63,190 nucleotides of DNA from Alphaproteobacteria bacterium (GTDB lineage: Bacteria > Pseudomonadota > Alphaproteobacteria > CAAHEQ01 > UBA3637), in contig JBJEXE010000066.1 in assembly GCA_051885475.1 (NCBI GenBank), positions 1 to 63,190 of the forward strand, in the 5' to 3' direction. Positions 16,982-26,544 of the stretch are shown here, piece by piece. Made by a program: the position numbers and the translations under genes. Position 1 is the stretch's first letter. Each line of letters opens with the position of its first letter. The notes under the pieces are model-generated. The model worked only from the letters and a program-made list of their open reading frames with translations. It was not told where the DNA came from and searched no databases.

Positions 16982-19372
16982 TTATTTTTTTCCATCAGAA
17001 AATCCTTTTGCAACGGGAGCCTTCATCTTATTCCAGGCTGCCTGTGATTTATTTTTAACCGCTGTTTTGAGGTTTTTAGGTGCGTTTTTAATCGCCTGCC
17101 CAGCCTTTCTTAAATTTTGCGGTGTATTTTTAATCCCCCTGGTTATCGCCCCCGGTGTCTTCACCAGTCCAGAAGCAACTTTCCCTGTGGCACGAATGCC
17201 TGTTGATAAAGTTTTAGCCCCCAAGGTCAAAGGCACCCCCAGGATGGCTCCCACACCTGTTTTTGATAAAGCTTGCCCTAAACCGACCCCGAATTTATCC
17301 ACACCCGAGGCCAAATATTGAGAAGTGCGATTGACAGCGTTGCCCGCTTTTTGTCCAAAATAACGCTTGCTAGCTGCCGGCGAATTACTTTCACCCAAAT
17401 CCTTTAACGGATTTTGACCTGACTTCATACGCCCGTACGCACGCCCAGCCAAATAAGCACCACTTTTCCCATTGGGCACTTTATACGGTTTTACTTTTTG
17501 GGCCACATTGGAGGCCGGCTTCCAAACCTTGTTAGCTGTTCCTTTGATAGCGGCCATTGTCGCCAGCCCCGTTATATCACCACCAATACCACTTGTTCCG
17601 AAAAAGCTTGCAACTGTTTGCGTACAAACAGACAAAATAGAAAGTCCAATAAAAAACAAAGCCACTATCATAAAAAAGAAATACCAGCCACCATTAGAAA
17701 GAATCACATTGAGTAAATTTTCTCCATAGTCTTCGGAATAATTGGCTGTGATAGCTGCTACCAATCTATCTGTATTTCCCAATCCGGTTTCAAAGGAAAT
17801 CATAATAAAGTTGAGTGCCAAAACTAACCCCAAAAAATCGCTGATAATCCCCATCAAAAAGCTAAAACCTTTTTTGGTAAAATCCCGTGTAATCGGAAAA
17901 GCCCAAGTTGCCACAAACAACGGAATCAAAACCAAGACGAAACCGAATCTTAAGAAAATATCAATAATCTTAAAGGCAACCAAAAAGCTGAAAATTGAAA
18001 ATAAAACAACCAAAACAAGACCGACCCCCCACATTTCCAGATCCGGAAACTTCATGAGCCACAAAATCGAGGTTCCTTGGCGAAATGAAAAACCGATAAG
18101 CGATTGGCCGACTGCCGTCATGGGGGAAACTTGACGATACAATTTTTGGGTTAAACAAAGCAAATTTACCTGTAATTCTAGTGTAATCAAACTGTCAGAA
18201 GAATTAGTCAATCTTGAATAATTCTGATCCATGCCCGGAATAACCGCACCCATCAATCGCCTAGCAGGACTATTTTCCGTTCCTGAAGAACTGCTAAAAG
18301 AAAGCGTACAATAATCCGGTCCCCTGGAAGCTATCCCCACACCGGAACGCACGTCATCAGCAAAACTAAACATAGATTCATCCAGATGATCGGAAATATC
18401 CTGAGAAAGACCCAGTCCCAAACTCACAATCGGGGACAAAAAAGAGCCGTATAAAGTTTTCAAATTATCTCCTGATGATAAAATCAGCGCCGCAATCATC
18501 ATACATAAAACGCGGGTCATCAAATCCTTTAAAAAGGAAGCCCCTTTACTGGGAAAAATAACGGCCAAAAAAGCGGCATACAAAATCCACAAAAGCATAA
18601 ATATCTTCAGGATATTTATCCCCGCTTCACGCATATTCGTTTCCAAATGAGAGCTCATTGATTGGACCACCGTCAACGTAATATAGGCCATTTTGCACGG
18701 CCAACAGCCGGAATCATTCGCATCTTTGCGCATAATCTGTCCAACAGTCTTAGCAACTGTGCTCGGATGACGGCGTTCATAGGCGGAACAAAGAGTGGCA
18801 AAATAAGAGGCACAAGCCATTTCTTCCGCATTGATTCCTGCTTCAGAAAAATTTTGCTTCCATTCATTCCAATGTGAATCTTGACGGAAAGAGCGCCATG
18901 TTTTTTGTTCTGCAGCCGTCAGTTTATCCTTTTTAGTAAAACCGTCAGTGGTCTTTTTTAACCCGTTTGTCGCTTGACGAGCCCTATCCCAATCATCCTC
19001 ATCGCAAGGTTGATCCCCTTCCCAATTCTGCGCTTTGGCATTAAAGGTTTGTTGATCATATCTTTCCGCCAACTGACAAAAGGAATCTGCCCACAGAGAG
19101 TTGCTCCACAATAAAGTTCCCCCTAAAAGAACATAAATCAAGTGTTTTTTCCTGAGGAAATTTCTGGACGCCCTTTTTTCAACGACAGGGGAAGCGGCCG
19201 ACTGGCAAAAATAACGACGCCCCCAAAAACACCCCCAAATCCCTATCAACAACAAAATCAATCCCGTCAAAATAAAATGAATATACGGAATTTCAAACAG
19301 GCGAATTTTTAACATTAAGAAAAAAATCGTCCCCAAAAATAAAATTTGCAAAAGGTGTCTGAATAAATGCAT
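16982..19372 (-). CDS. VirB6/TrbL-like polytopic membrane protein, paralog 3, with Lys/Asn/Gly-rich C-terminal tail
   Basis: 796 aa with many TM helices, a CWPC motif and the LVLIPLFVATWAFPITRDFTKKGF core. It is paralogous to the two upstream ORFs, and its start overlaps the upstream stop by 1 nt. Confidence 0.55.
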   Translation of the reverse strand: MHLFRHLLQILFLGTIFFLMLKIRLFEIPYIHFILTGLILLLIGIWGCFWGRRYFCQSAASPVVEKRASRNFLRKKHLIYVLLGGTLLWSNSLWADSFCQLAERYDQQTFNAKAQNWEGDQPCDEDDWDRARQATNGLKKTTDGFTKKDKLTAAEQKTWRSFRQDSHWNEWKQNFSEAGINAEEMACASYFATLCSAYERRHPSTVAKTVGQIMRKDANDSGCWPCKMAYITLTVVQSMSSHLETNMREAGINILKIFMLLWILYAAFLAVIFPSKGASFLKDLMTRVLCMMIAALILSSGDNLKTLYGSFLSPIVSLGLGLSQDISDHLDESMFSFADDVRSGVGIASRGPDYCTLSFSSSSGTENSPARRLMGAVIPGMDQNYSRLTNSSDSLITLELQVNLLCLTQKLYRQVSPMTAVGQSLIGFSFRQGTSILWLMKFPDLEMWGVGLVLVVLFSIFSFLVAFKIIDIFLRFGFVLVLIPLFVATWAFPITRDFTKKGFSFLMGIISDFLGLVLALNFIMISFETGLGNTDRLVAAITANYSEDYGENLLNVILSNGGWYFFFMIVALFFIGLSILSVCTQTVASFFGTSGIGGDITGLATMAAIKGTANKVWKPASNVAQKVKPYKVPNGKSGAYLAGRAYGRMKSGQNPLKDLGESNSPAASKRYFGQKAGNAVNRTSQYLASGVDKFGVGLGQALSKTGVGAILGVPLTLGAKTLSTGIRATGKVASGLVKTPGAITRGIKNTPQNLRKAGQAIKNAPKNLKTAVKNKSQAAWNKMKAPVAKGFSDGKK

Positions 19373-20742
19373 TATTTTTTACCTTCCTTTGAGGGCGCCT
19401 TATTTTGTTTTGAAGCTTTTTGAGAATTGTCCTGCTGCCCTTCTTCTTGTTTATCATCAGCTTTATCCCCGGAACCGTTTTCACCGGATTCAGTGTTTGT
19501 CACCTCTTTAGCTAAATCTTTGGCCGCGCCGGCTATACCGGCCACAGCCCCCACCGGACCAGATAAAAGAGCTGCCCCTACACGAATTCCTTTCACCGCC
19601 AAATTTTTGATGGCATTAACAGCATCAATCATTGAGGATTTTCCGGCACTGTCAAAAAAGTATTTTGAAAAATCTTGAATTTTACCGGATAATTTAACCA
19701 TAACCCAAGCCAACATAGTCAAGATTAAAAAATCTGTGCCAAAGTTTTCGGCCGTCGTACGCATTCCGCCTTCTGTTGTTTGGACCGAAGCCGAAAACAT
19801 ATAGGGCATTTCCTGATTTTCATAAACGCGAAAAGTACTGATTAAGAAGGTGATGTAAATACAGCTGAACAAAATATCAAAAAAGCCGGCAAACAGGTTA
19901 TGAAACACTGTTTTAACAATCCCCTTTGGATAAGAAAAGACCCATCCCACCATCAATAAAGGAGATAACATTATAATTAAACCGATGCGAACAAAGGCAT
20001 CCACAAAAGAAAGCGGCATCATCACCACCAACCAAAGCATTCCGGCAATCAAAATAATTCCGGCAATGGTGGCACTCCAGCCTTTCATGGTCCATAATTG
20101 AAAGCCCAATCCCACATTCGCCCACAAAGCATCATAAATTTGATAGACCATCCCTTGAACACTGACCGCCAAGCCACCAAACATTCTGCTGTCGGAAACA
20201 GAGTTGGAAGAAGAAGAACCAGAAAGAGCATTTATAATATCCTGTATCTCACGTAATATGCCTGATCTATAGTTAAAACCGATTCCCAAACTTTGCTGCG
20301 GCGTTTCCAAAACTATATTTGCCATAGATAAAAATCCGTCCCCAATCGGTTGAATCACCGTCGCCCCAAAAAAATCATAAAGATAGGTCGGGTTATTTAA
20401 AAACAAAGCCACAATCATTGCTTTAAACAACACAGTGATAAAAGAAGAAAATTCCTTTTTCATATTCGGCATTGAAAAAGCGCCAACCACACGAGCGACC
20501 CGAAACAACAACCAAAAAAGCAACGCCAATTCCAACACCATCAATGAATTTTGACAGATAATATTTAAAGAGCCATCCAAGACACCGTCTATTGCTTTAA
20601 AGGCTTGCATATACATTTTGCAGGGCCAACAGTTATCTGGACTTGCCCTAAACATTTCCGCATTATAAGGAACATTGGAATCACATCCCGCCAACCAAAG
20701 CAAGAGCAAAAACATTCCCCAAATACGCATCCGTTTCATCAT
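19372..20742 (-). CDS. VirB6/TrbL-like polytopic membrane lipoprotein, paralog 2
   Basis: 456 aa with an LAGC lipobox, a CWPC motif and the IMLSPLLMVGWVFSYPKGIVKTVF core. An ATGA overlap joins it to the upstream gene. Confidence 0.55.
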   Translation of the reverse strand: MMKRMRIWGMFLLLLWLAGCDSNVPYNAEMFRASPDNCWPCKMYMQAFKAIDGVLDGSLNIICQNSLMVLELALLFWLLFRVARVVGAFSMPNMKKEFSSFITVLFKAMIVALFLNNPTYLYDFFGATVIQPIGDGFLSMANIVLETPQQSLGIGFNYRSGILREIQDIINALSGSSSSNSVSDSRMFGGLAVSVQGMVYQIYDALWANVGLGFQLWTMKGWSATIAGIILIAGMLWLVVMMPLSFVDAFVRIGLIIMLSPLLMVGWVFSYPKGIVKTVFHNLFAGFFDILFSCIYITFLISTFRVYENQEMPYMFSASVQTTEGGMRTTAENFGTDFLILTMLAWVMVKLSGKIQDFSKYFFDSAGKSSMIDAVNAIKNLAVKGIRVGAALLSGPVGAVAGIAGAAKDLAKEVTNTESGENGSGDKADDKQEEGQQDNSQKASKQNKAPSKEGKK

Positions 20743-22874
20743 GTTATGTAGTCCGATACTTGACCTGTTAAGAGGTCAGTTTTTTTATTGGTTTGCAAAT
20801 TGACTTTGAATTTTTCGGTTATGTTATTATCTTTATCGGTGGATTGTGTAAAAAATCCAGTTCTAACACCGCGTGCATCATACTGATTTGTTTCAAGGGT
20901 GGTATTTCCATCGCGATCTTTCATTGTTATTTTGGTTTCATTTCCTCTTGCATCAAATTCAGTTTGTGTAACGTTTCCATCACGATCTTTTACGGTCTTG
21001 CTCGTTTTACTTCCATTTGAATCAAACTCAGTTTTTGTGGTACCAGCGTTTGTTGTTTCCAAGGTAGACTTTTTCCTGTCCAAAGCATCATATTCTGTTG
21101 CCACTTTCGTTGAAGTGCCATCTTTATTATAACGCGTTTCGGTCATCACAGTTCCTGTTTTCATACCATTAGTCATGCTTTCGCGTTTTTGGATTTTAGA
21201 TTCCAGCTGCCCGTTGGCATTTCTGACAATTTCTTCAACTTCTTGATGCGTGACGTTACCATTGGCATCCTTAAAGACCTTAAGGTTTCTTTCTTTTGTT
21301 CCCCCGTTGGCAAGTTGCTCTCTGGAAGACGTTGTTGAAACACTTGGTCTTTGCGGTTGCGGAGTCCCGCCGCTGCCAGCAGGAGAAGGTGCATTTCCGT
21401 CTGTCGGGTTTCGGCCATAGCCTTCTGCTTCCCCTTCATGGAAAGCCTGGACAGTTTTTTTGGCCAACCCTGCCCCCGGCACATCCGACCATCTTAAAGG
21501 TTTACCGGATTTAATACGACCGGCCACAAACCCTGCGGCATAAGGAGTTTTCTTAATTCCTTCCTTGATCTCGGAAGCCCCCTTTTGAAGAACCGGCTTG
21601 GCCACTTTATTCCCCATCAAAGCAACACCAGCCATAGCTGCCCCTTCCAAAGCGGAGCCCATACCACCGCCGGTACTTCCTCCGACAAAATTATTCACAA
21701 AGCTATCCGTTTGTTTAACCAAAGCATTGGCCAGAAAAGTCATTGCCAGCATTGTGAAGAAAGTGCCCGTGGACCAATCAATCATTTTCAACGCCTCTTC
21801 TGTTTTCCCCATAGTTAAAAGTTGCCAAAAGCGAGTACTATTATCACCCAATCCATCCAAAGCAGCCCCCAAAATGGTCAGGCTCATTTGCAAAATAACT
21901 GATAAAACAATAAAAGTGACCAAGACATTTAAAAACATATCAAGGGCTTTTTTACTGTAGCCACGTGTGGCCGGTAAGACCCACAAAACAACCCATAACG
22001 GCATCAAGGCCGAAACGAACATCAACCGGAACATGGAATCTACCAACTTGAACGGAAAGGAAAGGAAAAGGCCAAATGTCATAATAAATAAACAAAGTCC
22101 CACCCCCAACATAGACCACTTTGGAAAAATCAAACCCAATTTGAAGGAATCTGTGATAAAAGTGGCCCCCAAAGCCATATACAGAATTAAGTTAGAAGAA
22201 ACTGTCTTTAAAAAACATTGAATCGCATTATTCACTTCCGGCCCGAAACCATTATTTTGAGAAGTGGTAGAAACAGAGGAAAGAGCATCGCAGGCATTTA
22301 TCCGTGTCGTTGTTCCGCTACGGGAATTCACTTGCACGGTCAATTCTCTTGCCGAATCAGTAGAGAGTATTTCCGTTGAAAAACCAATGGAAAGGGCGGT
22401 TAAAGGATTCACAACTTGCGCATAAAAACTGCCCAAATTGTATAAAACAGCCATTGCCACCAAACACTTCAAAACCGGCATAAACAACTCGGTAAAAAAT
22501 TCTTTCGGACTGGTTGCCCCGAAAGAAACAACGGCCTTCAAAACTTTAAACAAAATATAAAAGCTCAATCCCAACCCCAATAAAAGCTTCCCATCCGCTA
22601 TTAAAGTATCCGAAAGAGAAGCCGTTATCGTGTTGATGGCATTGAATAAGGTCGTAAAAATATCACAAAACCAACAGCCTTCATTAATAGAGGTAAAGGA
22701 TTCCATCACCTTAACAAATGATCCATTATCTCCAAAAAAATAGTTATAGAGCCGATAAATACCGTATGCAGCAGCAATCACAACGACAGGAGCAATCGCC
22801 TGCGCCATTATTGGTGCAAACAAGGCCGAAAGAAAAATTCCCCACCGGGCAAACTGTTTTTTAATTTTTGACAT
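20739..22874 (-). CDS. VirB6/TrbL-like polytopic membrane protein, paralog 1, with YD-repeat-like C-terminal tail
   Basis: CWFC motif and ALMPLWVVLWVLPATRGYSKKAL core. The start is taken at MSKIKKQ (22874), which follows a GGGGGA RBS; the track ORF starts at 22916. Confidence 0.55.
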   Translation of the reverse strand: MSKIKKQFARWGIFLSALFAPIMAQAIAPVVVIAAAYGIYRLYNYFFGDNGSFVKVMESFTSINEGCWFCDIFTTLFNAINTITASLSDTLIADGKLLLGLGLSFYILFKVLKAVVSFGATSPKEFFTELFMPVLKCLVAMAVLYNLGSFYAQVVNPLTALSIGFSTEILSTDSARELTVQVNSRSGTTTRINACDALSSVSTTSQNNGFGPEVNNAIQCFLKTVSSNLILYMALGATFITDSFKLGLIFPKWSMLGVGLCLFIMTFGLFLSFPFKLVDSMFRLMFVSALMPLWVVLWVLPATRGYSKKALDMFLNVLVTFIVLSVILQMSLTILGAALDGLGDNSTRFWQLLTMGKTEEALKMIDWSTGTFFTMLAMTFLANALVKQTDSFVNNFVGGSTGGGMGSALEGAAMAGVALMGNKVAKPVLQKGASEIKEGIKKTPYAAGFVAGRIKSGKPLRWSDVPGAGLAKKTVQAFHEGEAEGYGRNPTDGNAPSPAGSGGTPQPQRPSVSTTSSREQLANGGTKERNLKVFKDANGNVTHQEVEEIVRNANGQLESKIQKRESMTNGMKTGTVMTETRYNKDGTSTKVATEYDALDRKKSTLETTNAGTTKTEFDSNGSKTSKTVKDRDGNVTQTEFDARGNETKITMKDRDGNTTLETNQYDARGVRTGFFTQSTDKDNNITEKFKVNLQTNKKTDLLTGQVSDYIT
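20817..21278 (-). repeat. coding YD/RHS-like short repeats in the tail of VirB6-like paralog 1
   Basis: Recurrent D-x-(D/N)-G-N-x-T ... (Y/F)-D-x-x-G units: KDANGNVT, RYNKDGTST, EYDALDRK, EFDSNGSKT, KDRDGNVTQTEFDARGNET, KDRDGNTTLETNQYDARGVRT. Confidence 0.5.
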
Positions 22875-22957
22875 ATATCCCCCAATCTGAAATAACTTAT
22901 GAAGGTATGCTAACATAAGGATTTTTAAAAAACAAGCCTTTTTTTTGGAAAATTGAC

Positions 22958-22989
22958 AAAAAAATATGCCGGGATGAAAACCGGCATAT
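22958..22989 (-). terminator. rho-independent terminator after secF
   Basis: The minus strand reads ATATGCCGG-8 nt-CCGGCATAT followed by TTTTTTT. Confidence 0.6.
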
Positions 22990-23012
22990 CTTTTGGCAGA
23001 TAAAAAGAATAT

Positions 23013-23954
23013 CTACTTATTAAAATCAGGTTCGGCAGATCCTCTGTCGCCCAGCTTTTTAATATCAAAATACTGCAAAACAGGAACCGCCAAATAAATG
23101 GAAGAATATGTCCCCAAAACAGTTCCCAAAGTCATTGCCAAAGTAAAGCCGAATAAGGTTTCCCCGCCAAAGAACAACAACACCAAGACTACAAATAATG
23201 TTGTCAAGCTGGTCAAAATAGTGCGCGAAAGTGTTTCGTTGATGCCTTTATTTAAAAGCTCCAATACCGACATTTTACGATACTTTTTCAGGTATTCGCG
23301 AATACGGTCATAGGTGACGATGGAATCATTACAGTCATAGCCTGCGAACGACAAAAGCCCCGCCACAACAACCATATTAAATTCAATTTGAAACAAGCTG
23401 AATACCCCCACCACAACAATCATATCATGGGCCAAGGCCAATAAACAGCCGACCGCAAACGGCCATTCAAAGCGAAACCAAATGTAAATAGTAATCGCCA
23501 ACAAAGCCAAAATAGAAGCCAACAGACTTTTATCCTTTAATTCTTTACCGATGGTCGGACCGATAATTTCCACCTTTTGATACGAATAAGTCGGCCCCAA
23601 AGTGGATTTGATTTTTTCCAATAACTGATTGGAATTTAACGTTTCATCCGGTTGAGCCAAAATGAGGATGGATTTACCTTCGGTTCCAACGGATTGAATG
23701 GTCAACCCCTTTAAGAAGCCCAAATTTTCACGGACTTCTTCCATTTGGATGGCATCCACCGAAGAGGCTTCAATTTGAACACCCCCTTCAAAGTCAATGC
23801 CGTAGTTCAAACCCCGCGTCATAAAGGAGATAAGCGACACAATCAGCATCAACGCCGACAGCATATATCCCCATTTGGATTGCTTCATAAAATCAAAGTG
23901 ATATTCACGTTTTTTAAAGAGTTTCTTCATCTTTTTTCCCTTCTTAAAAATCAA
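23013..23954 (-). CDS. secF: protein translocase subunit SecF
   Basis: 313 aa. GLNYGIDFEGG and the six-TM SecDF C-terminal pattern. It follows secD. Confidence 0.9.
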   Translation of the reverse strand: MIFKKGKKMKKLFKKREYHFDFMKQSKWGYMLSALMLIVSLISFMTRGLNYGIDFEGGVQIEASSVDAIQMEEVRENLGFLKGLTIQSVGTEGKSILILAQPDETLNSNQLLEKIKSTLGPTYSYQKVEIIGPTIGKELKDKSLLASILALLAITIYIWFRFEWPFAVGCLLALAHDMIVVVGVFSLFQIEFNMVVVAGLLSFAGYDCNDSIVTYDRIREYLKKYRKMSVLELLNKGINETLSRTILTSLTTLFVVLVLLFFGGETLFGFTLAMTLGTVLGTYSSIYLAVPVLQYFDIKKLGDRGSAEPDFNK

Positions 23955-25515
23955 TCTTTTTCGGATGTTTTAAATGCACCCAAGCAATAATCAAAACTTT
24001 GGACACGAAAATGGCGGCAAACAAAGTGGTGGCTAACCCTAACCCCAATGTGACACCAAATCCGCGCACAGGGCCTGAACCCAACCAGAACAAAAAGAGG
24101 GCTGCAAAAAGTGTCGTCAGCTGGCCATCCAAAATAGCGCTGAATGAACCGGCAAAACCACGGGTCAAAATTTCGGCGGGAACCGTTACACCACGCATCA
24201 TTTCCTCTTTCATCCGTTCAAAGATAATGACATTGGAGTCAACGGCCATCCCGACAGTCAGCGCAATTCCTGCCAATCCGGGCAAAGTCAAAGTAGCCCC
24301 GAACAGGCCTAAAAGCGCCAAAAGTAAAAATCCGTTGATAATCAGTGCTAAATCAGCAATCACGCCAAACACACCATAAACAATAATCATAAAGGCCAGC
24401 ACGACCGCCAGGCCAATCGCACAGGCCAAACTGCCCGAACGGATTGAATCTTCGCCAAGACCGGGGCCCACAACCCGTTCTTCCACAACCGTCAGCGGCG
24501 CCGGCAGAGCCCCCGAACGCAACAAAAGCGCCAAATCATTGGTGGCTTGCACCGTAAAGTTGCCCGTAATAATCCCCTGCCCGCCTGTAATCGGGGTATT
24601 GATGGTCGGTGCACTGATGACTTCCCCATCCAAAACAATCGCCAAACGGCGCCCCACATTTTCACGTGTGGCACGGGCAAACTTTTTCGCCCCCATGGAT
24701 TTAAAACTGAAAGAAACCGCAGGACGCCCTTGTTCATCATAGGTGCCTTTGGCCGAATCCAAACTTTCACCGCCCACAACCACAGAGCGTTTCAAAACCA
24801 AATAGCCCGTTTCATCGCCCACAACCAGCATAGAATCAGCAGGCAAATTGCCAGCTCGCGCCGATTGAACAGAAGTTTCTTCGTCCACCAAATGGAAAGT
24901 CATTTTGGCCGTTTTTCCCATCATTGCTTTGATTTCACTGGGATCTTGAACCCCGGGTAATTGAATAACGATACGGTCTGTTCCTTGGCGCAAAATCTGA
25001 GGTTCTTTTGTGCCCATTTCATCAATACGCTTACGCACGATTTCCAAAGATTGGTCCACTGCCTGAGATTTCATCAAAGTCAAGGCCTCTTCCGTATAAG
25101 CCACCGTCAAAATATCCCCATTGGCCGTGATATTTAAGGGAACGGAATCTTGCTTGCGAATCAATTCACGGGCCCGCGCCAATTCTTCAGATTTTAAAAT
25201 TTTAACCTGCAAGGCCTCATTTTCCACTTTAAGACCAGCAAAGCGAATTTTTTCATCACGTAAAGAAGTGCGAACCAAATCAGCCAAAGAGCCCAACTTT
25301 TCGGCCACCAATGTATCCGTGTCCACTTGCATCACCAAATAAGAACCACCCTGCAAATCCAAACCCAAGGTGACAGGACGATACCAATCGCGCACCTTTT
25401 GGGGGAGTTGATTATACATTGATTTTGGCATAAAGTTCGGGGCCGATAAAATAACCCCCAACGCGATAACAGCACTGACAATTCCGACTTTAATTTTTGT
25501 ATATCCAAACAACAT
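23944..25515 (-). CDS. secD: protein translocase subunit SecD
   Basis: LGLDLQGGSYLV and GPGLGEDSI motifs. The start is taken at MLFGYTK (25515), just after the yajC stop. Confidence 0.9.
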   Translation of the reverse strand: MLFGYTKIKVGIVSAVIALGVILSAPNFMPKSMYNQLPQKVRDWYRPVTLGLDLQGGSYLVMQVDTDTLVAEKLGSLADLVRTSLRDEKIRFAGLKVENEALQVKILKSEELARARELIRKQDSVPLNITANGDILTVAYTEEALTLMKSQAVDQSLEIVRKRIDEMGTKEPQILRQGTDRIVIQLPGVQDPSEIKAMMGKTAKMTFHLVDEETSVQSARAGNLPADSMLVVGDETGYLVLKRSVVVGGESLDSAKGTYDEQGRPAVSFSFKSMGAKKFARATRENVGRRLAIVLDGEVISAPTINTPITGGQGIITGNFTVQATNDLALLLRSGALPAPLTVVEERVVGPGLGEDSIRSGSLACAIGLAVVLAFMIIVYGVFGVIADLALIINGFLLLALLGLFGATLTLPGLAGIALTVGMAVDSNVIIFERMKEEMMRGVTVPAEILTRGFAGSFSAILDGQLTTLFAALFLFWLGSGPVRGFGVTLGLGLATTLFAAIFVSKVLIIAWVHLKHPKKIDF

Positions 25516-25516
25516 T

Positions 25517-25849
25517 TTATTTTCCTTTTTTTGATACTTCTTTTTCATCATACAACACTTGGCTGACATAAGGGCGAAGCACCGTCACCTCTGTATCGGG
25601 CGCAATTTCAACCAGCAATTCCAAAGGCTCTGCTTTTTTCACAACGCCTGTCAAACCACCGACAACAATCCGCGACCCCACCTGAATAGAATCCAATTCC
25701 TGTTCGTGTTTTTTCAGGCGTTTTTGTTGCGGACGAATCAATAAAAAATACAAAATCGCAATAATCAGAACAAACTGAACCAACATCCCCAGTGCTGTCC
25801 CTTGAGGGGCAGCAGCGGCCGTATCGGCAAAAGCAGGTGTAATCAACAT
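25517..25849 (-). CDS. yajC: preprotein translocase subunit YajC
   Basis: ILYFLLIRPQQKRLKKHEQELDSIQVGSRIVVGGLTGVV. Confidence 0.9.
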   Translation of the reverse strand: MLITPAFADTAAAAPQGTALGMLVQFVLIIAILYFLLIRPQQKRLKKHEQELDSIQVGSRIVVGGLTGVVKKAEPLELLVEIAPDTEVTVLRPYVSQVLYDEKEVSKKGK

Positions 25850-25907
25850 TTTTATCCTTTCATTTTTCTGATCTTTTAGCCTTTTTTAAGGAAAAAAGCA
25901 AGTCTTT

Positions 25908-26099
25908 TTATTCTTCGTCTTCGGCAGAGGGGATTTTTGTTTCGGGTGTTTCATCAGTATGCACCACATACACCCCCTTCAACCAACGCCCCAAATCCAC
26001 GTCGGCGCAGTGTTTGGAACAAAAAGGCGCATATTTTGGGTCAACATCAGCCCCACAAATCGGACATTTACTTTTCACGTTTGACATAGCTGCGTTCAC
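25908..26099 (-). CDS. yacG: DNA gyrase inhibitor YacG (zinc finger)
   Basis: CPICG..(x)..PFCSKHCADVDLGRWL. The start may be the second Met at 26087. It overlaps the dksA 3' end. Confidence 0.8.
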   Translation of the reverse strand: MNAAMSNVKSKCPICGADVDPKYAPFCSKHCADVDLGRWLKGVYVVHTDETPETKIPSAEDEE

Positions 26100-26490
26100 G
26101 ACGTTCGCGTTTTTCTTGTTCTTCTATGCATAAAGTGGCCACCGGACGCGCATTCAAGCGCAACAGGCCAATGGGTTCGCCTGACACCAAGCAATAGCCG
26201 TAAGTGCCCTTTTTAATGCGTTCCAAAGCGGCATCAATTTTTTCAAGTTGTAAACGGATTCTGTCGCGGGAATGCATATCCATGACCTGATCCATTTCAT
26301 TACTGGCACGATCGTTTAAATCGGGTTCTTGCAATTCGGCTTCTTTTAATTCCATCAACAATCTGGCTGATTCGCGAAAAAGCTCACGACGCCAATTTTC
26401 CAATTTGAGGCGGAAATATTCCAGCTGGCGTTCGCACATATATTCTTCGTCTTCAGAGGGTTTATACCCTTTAGGGAGTTTAATACTCAT
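26068..26490 (-). CDS. dksA: DksA/TraR-family RNA polymerase-binding factor (2-Cys variant)
   Basis: Coiled-coil region with the DxxDxA-type tip (DLNDRASNEMD). The C-terminal GTYGYCLVSGEPIG..RLNARP.ATLCIEEQE retains only two of the four Zn-finger Cys. Confidence 0.8.
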   Translation of the reverse strand: MSIKLPKGYKPSEDEEYMCERQLEYFRLKLENWRRELFRESARLLMELKEAELQEPDLNDRASNEMDQVMDMHSRDRIRLQLEKIDAALERIKKGTYGYCLVSGEPIGLLRLNARPVATLCIEEQEKRERRERSYVKREK

Positions 26491-26515
26491 CTGTACCTCC
26501 TTGGTTGATATCCGC

Positions 26516-26544
26516 TAGATAGACCATTTTAGGGAAAAAGTCAA
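26516..26544 (-). promoter_or_regulatory. sigma70-like promoter of dksA
   Basis: On the minus strand: TTGACT, 17 nt, TATCTA. An AGGAGG RBS follows. Confidence 0.45.

Noticed and set aside
12647-22916. Interpreting the VirB6-like locus as an integrated conjugative element or prophage
   Set aside because: The window contains no integrase, relaxase, coupling protein, VirB4/VirB11 ATPase, pilin, or phage structural or replication gene. There is no tRNA or direct repeat at its borders. The locus is embedded between secF and gltX on the same strand.
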